From contig CAWKHC010000005.1 in the NCBI GenBank assembly GCA_963849475.1, positions 164,903 through 228,902 on the forward strand: DNA of 64,000 nucleotides, given 5' to 3'. The stretch comes from an uncultured Actinomycetota bacterium (GTDB lineage: Bacteria; Actinomycetota; Actinomycetes; Propionibacteriales; Nocardioidaceae). This document shows, in pieces, positions 28,795-38,323 of this stretch. The stretch's first letter is position 1; each line of letters starts with the position of its first letter. The notes beneath the pieces are model-generated. The model saw nothing but the letters and a program-made list of their open reading frames with translations, did no database searches and was not told where the DNA came from. The translations under genes and the position numbers were made by a program.

Positions 28795-30135
28795 ATGTCG
28801 ACGTCGGTGATGTGGTTCCGCAGCGACCTCCGACTGCGTGACAATCCGGCCCTCAACGCCGCCGCCGAGGCTGGCCCAGACGGCGTTGTCCCACTCTTCG
28901 TGGTCGATGACGTGCTCTGGACAGGGAACGTCCGATCGGCCTATCTCTCTCGCCTGCTGACCGACCTCTCGCAGCGCATCGGCGGACTGCACGTCGTGCC
29001 CGGCGACCCGCGCACCGAGGTCGTCCGGGTGGCGAAGCAAGTCGGCGCAACCAGCGTGCACGTCGCAGCGGCATTCACTCCGTACGGAGCTCGCCGCGAC
29101 GTCGCCGTCGAGCATGCTCTCGCGGACCAGAACGTACGGCTCGAGCGCACCGGGTCTCCCTACGCCGTGGCTCCCGGGCGGGTGACCAAGGACGACGGCA
29201 CCGGCTATCGCGTGTTCACCCCGTTCTTCAAGGCCTGGCAGGAGCACGGCTGGCGGGCGCCGGCACCGGCCGCCGACGACGTGCGCTGGCTCCGGCCGGA
29301 CGGCGGAACGCCGATTCCGGACGCAGCGGCTCCGGACGGGCTGACCCTGCCGCCGCACGGCGAGGAGGCCGCGCTGGATCGTTGGCGAGAGTTCCTCGCC
29401 GAGGACGTCACCGACTATGACGACGCGCGTGACCTGCCGGGGCCCGACCGCACTTCGCGGATGTCGGCGCACCTCAAGTGGGGCACGATCCACCCGCGCA
29501 CCATGCTCGCCGACCTCGCACCGCTCCGCTCGAAGGGCGCAGAGGCGTACGTACGGGAGCTGGCGTTCCGCGAGTTCTACGCCGACGTCCTTCACCAACG
29601 GCCCGACTCCGCCTTCGGCTACTACAACCGCTCGTTCGAGGCCATGGCACATGACGAGCCGGGCGCCGACCTCGAGGCGTGGAAGCAGGGACGCACCGGC
29701 ATCCCGATCGTCGACGCCGGCATGCGCCAGCTCTTGGGCGAGGGTTGGATGCACAACCGTGTGCGCATGATCGTCGCCAGCTTCCTGGTCAAGGACCTGC
29801 ACCTCGAGTGGCAGCACGGGGCGCGGCACTTCCTCGACCTGCTCGTCGACGGCGACCTCGCCTCCAACCAGCACGGCTGGCAATGGGTCGCCGGATCCGG
29901 CACCGACGCATCACCGTACTTCCGCATCTTCAACCCGATGACGCAGGGCAAGAAGTTCGATCCCGACGGCGAGTACGTGCGCCGTTGGGTGCCGGAGCTC
30001 GCTGACGTACCGGCCAAGCACGTGCACGCCCCGTGGGAGATGGACTCGCCCCCGGACGGCTACCCCGCGCCGATCGTCGACCACGCCGAGGAGCGCGCCG
30101 AGTCGCTCCGCCGCTATGACGCCATCCGCCCCTGA
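28795..30135 (+). CDS. phr: Deoxyribodipyrimidine photolyase / cryptochrome family protein
   Basis: WFRSDLRLRDNPAL, TSRMS.HL, GRTG.PIVDAGMRQL, WMHNRVRM, FRIFNP. Confidence 0.95.
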   Translation: MSTSVMWFRSDLRLRDNPALNAAAEAGPDGVVPLFVVDDVLWTGNVRSAYLSRLLTDLSQRIGGLHVVPGDPRTEVVRVAKQVGATSVHVAAAFTPYGARRDVAVEHALADQNVRLERTGSPYAVAPGRVTKDDGTGYRVFTPFFKAWQEHGWRAPAPAADDVRWLRPDGGTPIPDAAAPDGLTLPPHGEEAALDRWREFLAEDVTDYDDARDLPGPDRTSRMSAHLKWGTIHPRTMLADLAPLRSKGAEAYVRELAFREFYADVLHQRPDSAFGYYNRSFEAMAHDEPGADLEAWKQGRTGIPIVDAGMRQLLGEGWMHNRVRMIVASFLVKDLHLEWQHGARHFLDLLVDGDLASNQHGWQWVAGSGTDASPYFRIFNPMTQGKKFDPDGEYVRRWVPELADVPAKHVHAPWEMDSPPDGYPAPIVDHAEERAESLRRYDAIRP

Positions 30136-30151
30136 TCAGTAGGTTGGGTCA

Positions 30152-30859
30152 ATGGTCACGATCTCGACCCAGTTCAACGGTCCCGACCGCACGGGCAACG
30201 GCGGTTACGTCGCCGGGCTGATCGCGGACGAGCTCGGCAGCAACGGTCCGACCACCTCGAAGCTGCGCATTCCGCCGCCGTTGGGCGTGCCACTGACGTG
30301 GGAACGCAACGAGGCGGCGGTCCTGCTCATGACCGCAGGCGGCGCCGTGGTCGGCGAGGCGAGTGGCGGCACCTTCCGCCGCGAGGCTCCGGCCCAGCCC
30401 ACGCACGAGCAGGCCGCAGCCGGACTGGCCGCGTACCCCGGGTTCCACCACCACCCGTTCGACCGGTGCTTCACCTGCGGCACGAAGCGCGAGGAGGGCG
30501 ACGGCCTGCGCCTGTTCACCGGCCCGTACGACGACGACCTGACCGCCGCAGCCTGGACTCCGCACGCGGCGTTCGGCGGCGAGGACGGCACGATCAGCGT
30601 CCCCGTGATGTGGGCCGCCCTCGACTGCCCCGGCGGCTGGGCCGCCGACTTCACCGCCCACTCGATGGTGCTCGGCCTGATGACCGCCGAGGTCAGCCGG
30701 TTGCCTGTTGTCGGCGAGCCCTGCGTCTCCGTCGGCAGGATGTATGAGCGCGACGGCCGCAAGTTCTTCACCGACACCGCGCTGTACTCCGAGGACGGCG
30801 AGCTGCTGGGTCACGCCGAGCAGGTCTGGATCCTGATCGACCTCGCGACGTTCTCGTAG
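30152..30859 (+). CDS. Double hot-dog (thioesterase-like) protein
   Basis: FNGP..GNGGY, CFTCG, WAALDCPG. Confidence 0.75.
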   Translation: MVTISTQFNGPDRTGNGGYVAGLIADELGSNGPTTSKLRIPPPLGVPLTWERNEAAVLLMTAGGAVVGEASGGTFRREAPAQPTHEQAAAGLAAYPGFHHHPFDRCFTCGTKREEGDGLRLFTGPYDDDLTAAAWTPHAAFGGEDGTISVPVMWAALDCPGGWAADFTAHSMVLGLMTAEVSRLPVVGEPCVSVGRMYERDGRKFFTDTALYSEDGELLGHAEQVWILIDLATFS

Positions 30860-30883
30860 ACCCGTGACGTAGATTCTTGAGAC

Positions 30884-32161
30884 GTGCCTCGGCGTCTCTC
30901 TGGTCTCCTCGCTGACACCCGCCCATTGCGCAACGTGCACTTCCGGCGGCTGTGGCGCGCCAACATCATCACGGTGATCGGTGCCCAGCTGACCGTGGTC
31001 GCCGTGCCGGCTCAGATCTACGCCGACACCGGGTCGTCGGCGTACGTCGGACTGGCGGGCATCTTCGGGCTCGTGCCGCTGGTCGTGTTCGGCCTGTACG
31101 GCGGCGCCCTCGCCGATGTCTTCGACCGACGCACGATCCTGGTCATCACCACGCTCGGGCTGATCGTCACGAGCGCTCTCTTCTGGGCCCAGGCGGCAGC
31201 GGGCAACACCAACGTCTGGCTCCTGCTGAGCCTCTTCTCGGTCCAGCAGGCGTTCTTCGCGGTCAACCAGCCAACTCGCAGCGCGATCCTGCCCAAGCTT
31301 GTGGAGCCGGGGCTGCTGCCGGCCGCCAACGCGCTCAACACCACGGTGTTCATGGCGGGAGCGATCGCCGGCCCCCTCGTCGCCGGCGTCCTCATCCCGA
31401 TCATCGGGTTCGAGTGGCTCTACCTGATCGACACGTTCACCCTGTTCGCCACACTCGGCGCGGTGATCCGACTGCCCCCGATGGCGGTCGTCGATGCGGT
31501 CCGGGCGACCCCGGGCATACGCGCGGTCATCGAGGGCTTCGTCTATCTCCGCACCCAGCCGGTCCTGCTGATGTCGTTCGTCGTCGACCTGATCGCGATG
31601 ATCTTCGGCATGCCGCGGGCACTGTTCCCGGAGATGGCGCACGTCGACTTCGGTGGACCCGACAACGGCGGCATTGTGTTCGCCCTGCTGTTCGCGGCCA
31701 TTCCGGCCGGCGCCGTCATCGGTGGCGTGCTCAGCGGCTGGGTGTCCCGCATCGAACGACAGGGATTCGCGGTCGTCGTGTGCATAGTCGTCTGGGGCTT
31801 TGCGATGGCCGGCTTCGGTTTGGCTGTGGCGCTCGCCGACCACTGGCACACCACGATGCTCGTGATCGCCCTCGTGATGCTGGCGATCGGTGGTGCCGCC
31901 GACACTGCCTCGGCGGCGTTCCGATCCAGCATGTTGCAGTCGGCGGCAGACGACGCGATGCGCGGGCGGCTCCAGGGCGTCTTCATCGTCGTGGTGGCTG
32001 GCGGACCCCGCATCGCCGACACGTTGCACGGTGCGACCGCGGCAGCGGTCGGCGCCTCAGCGGCAGCGGCAGGTGGTGGCGTGCTGGTCGTGATCGGCGT
32101 CGTCGTTGCGTCGCTCGCCGTCCCGTCGTTCGTCCGCTACCGGATCACGCGCGCTCAGTAG
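30884..32161 (+). CDS. MFS transporter (EntS-like)
   Basis: ~12 TM, GGALADVFDRR, FGMPRALFP, MRGRLQG. Confidence 0.9.
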   Translation: MPRRLSGLLADTRPLRNVHFRRLWRANIITVIGAQLTVVAVPAQIYADTGSSAYVGLAGIFGLVPLVVFGLYGGALADVFDRRTILVITTLGLIVTSALFWAQAAAGNTNVWLLLSLFSVQQAFFAVNQPTRSAILPKLVEPGLLPAANALNTTVFMAGAIAGPLVAGVLIPIIGFEWLYLIDTFTLFATLGAVIRLPPMAVVDAVRATPGIRAVIEGFVYLRTQPVLLMSFVVDLIAMIFGMPRALFPEMAHVDFGGPDNGGIVFALLFAAIPAGAVIGGVLSGWVSRIERQGFAVVVCIVVWGFAMAGFGLAVALADHWHTTMLVIALVMLAIGGAADTASAAFRSSMLQSAADDAMRGRLQGVFIVVVAGGPRIADTLHGATAAAVGASAAAAGGGVLVVIGVVVASLAVPSFVRYRITRAQ

Positions 32162-32835
32162 CCGGGTACGTCCCCGACCAGCGGGGCAAACGTCGACCGG
32201 TGCGGGCGGGCACCGGACGAGAGCTCGAGGGACGCCACGTCCGGAGCGGCAGCCACCGGACGTACGCCCACGACGGCGCGAATGATCAGCACCGGGACCA
32301 CAGCCAGCGCAAGGAGCACCAGCAACAGCCAAGAGGCGCGGCCGAACGTATCGGTCGTCACCGAGGCGACCAGCGCCACGATAGAACCTCCACCGACGTA
32401 CGCGCCGGCCCACGTCGCCGAGCCCGCCAGTGAGGCCGGGGCGAACCGGCGGTACTCGAGGCCGGCGGCACCCGCCGCTGCGGGAGTCAACGTCCGGACG
32501 ATCGGCACCAGGCGGGTGAGGAACACCGCCGACGCGCCGCGGCGGCGCAGCATCGAGGTCGCGCGATCGAAGTGGCGCACACCAAGTCGGCGTACGGCCT
32601 TCGTCTCGCGCAGCTTGTCGCCATAGCGACGGCCCAGGAGGTATCCAACGTGATCGCCGAGGCAGGCCCCGATCATCACCGCAACGCCGAGCATGATCAT
32701 GTCGGTCGTCGACCGCATCGAGGCGGCGAGCACGACAACGGCCGTCTCGCCAGGCAGCACCATGCCGAGCCCGAGACCCGACTCGGCAAACGCCAGGGCG
32801 AGACCCAGCAGGAGCGTCAGTGCGACACCAGTCAT
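32155..32835 (-). CDS. DedA family membrane protein
   Basis: FAES...LPGET, GDHVGYLLGR, R.VP.VR. Confidence 0.9.
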   Translation of the reverse strand: MTGVALTLLLGLALAFAESGLGLGMVLPGETAVVVLAASMRSTTDMIMLGVAVMIGACLGDHVGYLLGRRYGDKLRETKAVRRLGVRHFDRATSMLRRRGASAVFLTRLVPIVRTLTPAAAGAAGLEYRRFAPASLAGSATWAGAYVGGGSIVALVASVTTDTFGRASWLLLVLLALAVVPVLIIRAVVGVRPVAAAPDVASLELSSGARPHRSTFAPLVGDVPGY

Positions 32836-32910
32836 GACTCCACACTGAGCCGCGCCCACGTCCAGAACCTGACACCCACACGACCGCCGGATGAACACTA
32901 GGGTTGTGCC

Positions 32911-33378
32911 ATGACCACCGTGCTGACCTATGGAACGTTCGACCTGTTCCACATCGGTCACCTCAACTTGATCCAGCGGCTGACCGAGCTCGGCGACCGG
33001 CTGATCATCGCGGTGTCCACCGATGAGTTCAACGCCGGCAAGGGCAAGACGTCCGTGGTCTCGTACGAGGACCGCGCCAAGATCGTCAACAGCATCAAGG
33101 GCGTCGACCTGGTGATTCCAGAGACCTCGTGGGACCAGAAGGTCAGAGACATCAAGGAGCACGATGTCGACGTGTTCGCCATCGGCGACGACTGGGCCGG
33201 CAAGTTCGACGAGCTCAAGGAGCTGTGCGAGGTCGTCTACCTGACCCGCACCGACGGCATCTCGAGCACCGAGATCAAGCAGATGCTCCGGGTCCTAGAT
33301 CCGACGCACATCACCGAGATGCAGGATGCGCTGTCAGTCATGAGCCGCCTGCTCGAGCACTACCGCGATCTGACCTAG
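32911..33378 (+). CDS. tagD: Glycerol-3-phosphate cytidylyltransferase family protein
   Basis: TYGTFDLFHIGH, STDEFN, GDDW.GKFD, RTDGISST. Confidence 0.88.
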   Translation: MTTVLTYGTFDLFHIGHLNLIQRLTELGDRLIIAVSTDEFNAGKGKTSVVSYEDRAKIVNSIKGVDLVIPETSWDQKVRDIKEHDVDVFAIGDDWAGKFDELKELCEVVYLTRTDGISSTEIKQMLRVLDPTHITEMQDALSVMSRLLEHYRDLT

Positions 33379-34019
33379 GGAGCAAGGCGTACGCGGGACC
33401 AGCCCGTTTCGGTACGGCGATAGAGCAGTCGGTCGTGCATGCGGTCGACGCGCCCCTGCCAGAACTCGATCGACTCCGGCTCGATGCGATAGCCACCCCA
33501 GTGGTCGGGACGAGGGACCTCGCCGGCGCCATACCGTTCAGCCGCCGAGGCCTGGAGGTCGTCGAGCGCCGAGCGGTCGGCGACGATCGACGACTGCGGC
33601 GAGGCGACAGCGCCGAGCTGGGAGCCGTGAGGGCGGGAGTGGAAGTAGGCATCGGAGTCGGCCGGCGCGATGCGGGCGACTGGACCCTCGACCCGCACCT
33701 GGCGCTGCAACGGATGCCAGAGCAACACCGCCGCAGCCCGCGGGTTGGCCTCGAGCTCCTGACCCTTGCGGGATTCGTAGTTCGTGTAGAACGTCAGCCC
33801 GGAGTCATCGATGCCCTTGAGCAGCACGATGCGTACGGACGGGTGGCCGTCGGCCGTCGACGTGGCAAGCGCCATCGCGTTGGGCTCGTGGATCTCGGCG
33901 ACCAAAGCTTCGTCGAGCCACCGGCCGAACAGCCTCAGCGGATCGTCGCCAGCCGCGGACTCGTCGAGCCCATCGCGGGCGTACACCTCACGCATTCGAG
34001 CCAAATCGGGGGACTCCAT
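33375..34019 (-). CDS. pdxH: Pyridoxamine 5'-phosphate oxidase
   Basis: EPNAMALAT, R.VLLK, SRKG, YF.SRP..SQ, EFWQGR..R.HDR. Confidence 0.95.
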   Translation of the reverse strand: MESPDLARMREVYARDGLDESAAGDDPLRLFGRWLDEALVAEIHEPNAMALATSTADGHPSVRIVLLKGIDDSGLTFYTNYESRKGQELEANPRAAAVLLWHPLQRQVRVEGPVARIAPADSDAYFHSRPHGSQLGAVASPQSSIVADRSALDDLQASAAERYGAGEVPRPDHWGGYRIEPESIEFWQGRVDRMHDRLLYRRTETGWSRVRLAP

Positions 34020-34055
34020 GCGCCCACATTAGTTGCGCAGGGCAGAATGCTGAAC

Positions 34056-35162
34056 ATGACTGAAGTGCACCACGGACTAGAAGGCGTCGTCGCATTCGAG
34101 AGCGAGATCGCCGAGCCGGACAAGGAAGGGTCAGCGCTGCGCTATCGCGGCGTCGACATCGACGACCTCGTCGGCCGCGTGCCGTTCGAGAAGATCTGGG
34201 GCCTGCTGGTCGATGGGTCGTACGAGCCGGGCCTGCCGCCCGCTGAACCGTTCCCGATCCCGGTGCACTCCGGTGACATCCGCGCCGACGTACAAAGCGC
34301 GATTGCGCTGACGGCACCCGCCTGGGGCCTCCGCCAGCTCTATGACATCGACGACACCCAGGCACGTGAGGACCTTGCCCGCACCGCGGTCATGGTCCTT
34401 TCCTATGTCGCCCAGGCCGCGCGCGGGGTTGGCAAGCCGATGGTGCCGCAGTCCGAGATCGACAAGAACGACACGATCATCGGCCGCATGCTCACCCGCT
34501 GGCGCGGCGAGGTCAACCCCGATCACGCCAAGGCCATCGACGCCTACCTCGTGTCGGCGGCCGAGCACGGCATGAACGCCTCAACGTTCACCGCCCGCGT
34601 CATCGCCTCGACCGGCGCGGACGTTGCTGCTGCGCTGTCCGGCGCCGTCGGTGCCATGTCGGGACCACTGCACGGTGGCGCTCCGGCGCGCGTTCTGACG
34701 ATGATCGAAGAAGTCGAGAAGACCGGCGACGCCACGGCGTACGTCAAGAAGCTCCTCGATGACGGTGAACGCCTCATGGGCTTCGGTCACCGTGTCTACC
34801 GTGCCGAGGACCCGCGCGCTCGTACGCTGCGCCGCACCGCCAAGGAGCTCAAGGCTCCTCGCGCCGAGGTTGCGATTGCACTCGAGGAGGCCGCACTCAA
34901 GGAGCTCCGCGAGCGTCGCCCCGACCGCGTGCTCGAGACCAACGTCGAGTTCTGGGCGGCGATCGTCCTCGACTACGCCGAGGTCCCGCCGCACATGTTC
35001 ACCGCGATGTTCACGTCAGCCCGTACGGCCGGCTGGAGCGCGCACATCCTCGAGCAGAAGCGCACCGGCCGCCTGATCCGTCCTTCGGCGATCTACACCG
35101 GCCCAGCCACGCGCAACGCCGACGAGGTCGAGGGCTGGGACCCCGCCTGGGCCGGCAAGTAG
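34056..35162 (+). CDS. citA: Citrate synthase 2
   Basis: GLEGVVAF, AEHGMNASTF, GPLHGGA, MGFGHRVY, ETNVEFW. Confidence 0.95.
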   Translation: MTEVHHGLEGVVAFESEIAEPDKEGSALRYRGVDIDDLVGRVPFEKIWGLLVDGSYEPGLPPAEPFPIPVHSGDIRADVQSAIALTAPAWGLRQLYDIDDTQAREDLARTAVMVLSYVAQAARGVGKPMVPQSEIDKNDTIIGRMLTRWRGEVNPDHAKAIDAYLVSAAEHGMNASTFTARVIASTGADVAAALSGAVGAMSGPLHGGAPARVLTMIEEVEKTGDATAYVKKLLDDGERLMGFGHRVYRAEDPRARTLRRTAKELKAPRAEVAIALEEAALKELRERRPDRVLETNVEFWAAIVLDYAEVPPHMFTAMFTSARTAGWSAHILEQKRTGRLIRPSAIYTGPATRNADEVEGWDPAWAGK

Positions 35163-35202
35163 CCGTCCTGCCTGAGACCCTGACAGCGCTTATGCTGAAC
35201 CT

Positions 35203-36111
35203 GTGAAGACCAAGGCGCTGACGATATTCGCCGGCGCCGTCACCGCGGTCGTGGTGGCGAGTGTGGCTATTGGTCTCGCCGCCCCCGACGGTTCCGTCGG
35301 CGACAAGCCCACGGCGAGCAGCACGCCGTCGAAAACGACATCAGAGCCGGCTCCGACGTCCGAGCCAGTTCCCACGCCGCCTGCAGCTGCGCCGAGTGCG
35401 GCGCTGGCGCCCGAGTCCGTGCGCGGCGTCTGGCCCGGTCACCCGGCAAAGGCCAAGGTCACGGGCACCAAGGTCAACTGGTGCCCGGCCGTACACATCA
35501 CCGGTGGGGCCGAAGCCGTACGCCTGTTCGGCAAGAAGGCCGTCGAGGCGGCCGCCTGCGCCGCAGTGCGGTTCATGTTCGACAAGCGCTACTCCCGGCT
35601 GTCGATCCCGCGCCAGTCCTACAAGGCTTCCAGCTTCGACTTCGTCCTCCCGGCTCTCACCTCGGAGACTGCCAACAGCTTCTACCGCCCCCGCATCAAC
35701 ACGTTCGTCGCCAACCCGGGCAGCATTGCTGCTCGCGATGCCCTCGGGCTGGTGCTGCTGCGCGGTGACGGCATCAGCGGCAAGCACAACTCCGCCGGTG
35801 CTGGTCGCGTCTACTATGGCAAGCCGTTCACGACGAGCGGCTACCAGGACCGCGCCGTGTGGATCAACCCGAAATGGTCGAAGGTCGCGATCAGCCTCGA
35901 CTATTCCAAGGCCCAGCCGCGCATCGCCGCGAAGCTCACGGCTCAGGCCTCCACACCCGTCTTCAACACGGCCCAGAAGCGCGACGACATGCTGACCGTT
36001 GCCACCTCGGCGACCTATCTGCTGCGGCACGGCGGGGGCACCAGGTGGGCCATCGGCGCTTGGACCGTCACGACGAACACGATCGGTTTCTCTGCGCTCC
36101 AGGTGAAGTAG
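35203..36111 (+). CDS. Hypothetical secreted protein
   Basis: Signal/TM segment, P/T/S linker, then a basic domain with 2 Cys; GC3-biased codons. Confidence 0.7.
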   Translation: MKTKALTIFAGAVTAVVVASVAIGLAAPDGSVGDKPTASSTPSKTTSEPAPTSEPVPTPPAAAPSAALAPESVRGVWPGHPAKAKVTGTKVNWCPAVHITGGAEAVRLFGKKAVEAAACAAVRFMFDKRYSRLSIPRQSYKASSFDFVLPALTSETANSFYRPRINTFVANPGSIAARDALGLVLLRGDGISGKHNSAGAGRVYYGKPFTTSGYQDRAVWINPKWSKVAISLDYSKAQPRIAAKLTAQASTPVFNTAQKRDDMLTVATSATYLLRHGGGTRWAIGAWTVTTNTIGFSALQVK

Positions 36112-36155
36112 CCCCTGCTCTTGACTTCGACGTTGCAAATAGTTACCAAGGACAA

Positions 36156-36240
36156 GAGGGTCCTAGTTCATCCGAGCAACTTCCTCACGGAGTAGGTCCC
36201 AGGCGACGCGGGACGCTCCCAGCACCCGCGTCGCCACCCA
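36156..36240 (+). ncRNA. Candidate small RNA (two hairpins with CU-rich loops)
   Basis: TTGACT-17-TACCAA upstream. Hairpins at 36158-36200 and 36202-36235 in a 152-bp gap between convergent genes. Confidence 0.4.
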
Positions 36241-36263
36241 CTCTTGGCGGCAGTGTCAGGTGT

Positions 36264-37058
36264 TCAACGCAGCCGTACGAGCTGCGACACATCGTCGCGA
36301 GGCAGCTCGTCCACGACGGCCGTCACGTTCATCGACAACAGGTCGACGCGTGCTCCGTACTGGGACAGGAATGCGGTCTCCGATGCATCCTGTCCGGTGG
36401 CGATGCGAAGCAGACTCTGGCGAGGTGCCAGCGCAGTGGCGTCGACCACGTGCCAGGCATCCTCGATGTACGCCTCGGCGACGGCGTGGAAGTCCATCGG
36501 CATGAGCCCCGGCGCGTAGACCGAGGCAAGTCGAGCGGGGACGTCCAGGCCGCGAAGCAGCGCGACGACGAGGTGCGCGTAGTCGCGGCACACGCCCTCG
36601 CGCGCGAGCATCGTCGCCACGGCTCCGTCGGTGTGGAGGCTGGCGCCAGGTACGTACGAGAGGTGCGATCCCACCCATGACGTGACGGCGTCCAACAGGG
36701 CCTTGCCGCTGAGACCGGCGAACTCCGCCCGGGCCGTCGAGAACAGGGCGTCCGACTCGCAGTAGCGGCTCGGGCGCCGGTAGGCGATCAGGTCGAGCTC
36801 CTCGACTGCCGCCGGCTCGGCCTGCCCTGTCGCGACGACCGAGTAGTCGATCGTCATCTTGCCCTTGGGTCCGGTGAGTCGATGCAGTCTGGTGCCGTGT
36901 CGGCCGATGAGCTCACGCGGCTCCAGCTCGGTGCCGCCGGAGGTGATCGAGAACCTCTCGGACTCCAGGCCAGCGCCTTGTGCGACGGCGATCGAGAAGA
37001 TCAGGTCTGCGGAGCCGTGAAGCTCGAGCTCGAGATGGGCTGAGACGGTTCGCTTCAC
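36264..37058 (-). CDS. Transglutaminase-like family protein
   Basis: PSRYCESD, GVCRDYAHL, DFHAV.E, W..VDAT (Cys-His-Asp). Confidence 0.9.
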   Translation of the reverse strand: MKRTVSAHLELELHGSADLIFSIAVAQGAGLESERFSITSGGTELEPRELIGRHGTRLHRLTGPKGKMTIDYSVVATGQAEPAAVEELDLIAYRRPSRYCESDALFSTARAEFAGLSGKALLDAVTSWVGSHLSYVPGASLHTDGAVATMLAREGVCRDYAHLVVALLRGLDVPARLASVYAPGLMPMDFHAVAEAYIEDAWHVVDATALAPRQSLLRIATGQDASETAFLSQYGARVDLLSMNVTAVVDELPRDDVSQLVRLR

Positions 37059-37070
37059 CCGCTCAGCCTT

Positions 37071-38156
37071 TCACAGGAGCGGTTGCGTCGCCTCCGCCAG
37101 CGCCGAGCTCACCCGTACGGTGCCGACGCCGTACTTCTTGTCATACGCCTTCTGCAAACGGCCGCCCTCGTCGAGGATCACGCTGACGTCGACGCGGTCA
37201 TCACCGGACGACGAGCTCAGCATCAGGCCCTTGGCCATCTTTCCGGCCTCGTCCTGGATCTTCTGCAGCTCCTTGCTCGTGAACGTGGACTTGCTCACGC
37301 AGAGCGCACCCTTCCAAACCTTCCGCATGGCCGCCTCGGCTCCCTTTAGGTCCTTGGTCACCCGGATGTTCAAAATGATCCGGTTGGGATCGTTCTCGTT
37401 GCCCTCGTTGAACTGCTGGTCGAGCCAGAGCTCCGAATAGCCCGAGATCGTCTCGGCGAACGGTGCCGCCCGGTCGACCGCGTACTCATCGAGCCTGGGT
37501 CGACCTCTCGGGAACCAGCCGCCAACCGGCTCAGGGCACGGCGTCGCGAAGTCGCGCTCTTGTTCCTCGGGCTGGGTGTCGGTCTCCTTCCACTTCCTCG
37601 GCGGTCTCGTGAGCGTGAAGTCGCCGTCGACGTACACGCCGTGCACGACGTACAAGCCGTCCTTGCTCCCACCGATCGCTGTCGTCGGTGACGTACGTTC
37701 CCAGTCCCAGTTGGTGATGTCGGGTCCCCCGCACTGCACGGGAAGCGACATGCCGACGGCACCGAGGCAGAGCTGCGGTCCGTGCAGGTCGTTCTCGAGC
37801 ACGGTCGCGGACGCGGTGTTGTACTCCTGTGCGTGACACGTGCCGACCGGTCGCGGCAAGGTGGTCAGCTCGAACGTCTCGCCACTCTCGTTTCCCTCAA
37901 GACAGAAGTCGCCGAACTGTGCACCGGCCTCGCCGTACGCGCCCCAGACCTTGTCCCAGTCCCAGTTGGTGATGACGGGGCCCTCGCACTGCGGTGGCGC
38001 CGACTCGCGTACGGGGCCGGTGCACAGGATCGTGCCATCAGGACCGTCGGTCACCGTGGCGCGCTCGACCTTCCGGACCACGCTGTCCTGCGGCTTCTGA
38101 TCCGAGCCGCATGCAACCAGCAGCGTCAGCATCAACACGGCAGCAAGAGTGCGCAT
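37071..38156 (-). CDS. Hypothetical lipoprotein with a duplicated Cys/Trp domain
   Basis: Lipobox LVAC; LC.G.V..S.P.QC.GP.ITNWDW occurs twice. Confidence 0.8.
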   Translation of the reverse strand: MRTLAAVLMLTLLVACGSDQKPQDSVVRKVERATVTDGPDGTILCTGPVRESAPPQCEGPVITNWDWDKVWGAYGEAGAQFGDFCLEGNESGETFELTTLPRPVGTCHAQEYNTASATVLENDLHGPQLCLGAVGMSLPVQCGGPDITNWDWERTSPTTAIGGSKDGLYVVHGVYVDGDFTLTRPPRKWKETDTQPEEQERDFATPCPEPVGGWFPRGRPRLDEYAVDRAAPFAETISGYSELWLDQQFNEGNENDPNRIILNIRVTKDLKGAEAAMRKVWKGALCVSKSTFTSKELQKIQDEAGKMAKGLMLSSSSGDDRVDVSVILDEGGRLQKAYDKKYGVGTVRVSSALAEATQPLL

Positions 38157-38323
38157 GACTGAGTATGTCGGTCGCGCGCGGATCGTCTCGAAACCTGCCG
38201 CCCACACGGCTGTTCTGAGCAGAAATGCCTGTCGACTTGAAGGGGAACACAAGCGGGCTTGGCAGGCCTAGCCGCTGGGAGCGGTGGCGATTCAACTCAA
38301 TAGGCCGTCTTACGGTTGAGAAC

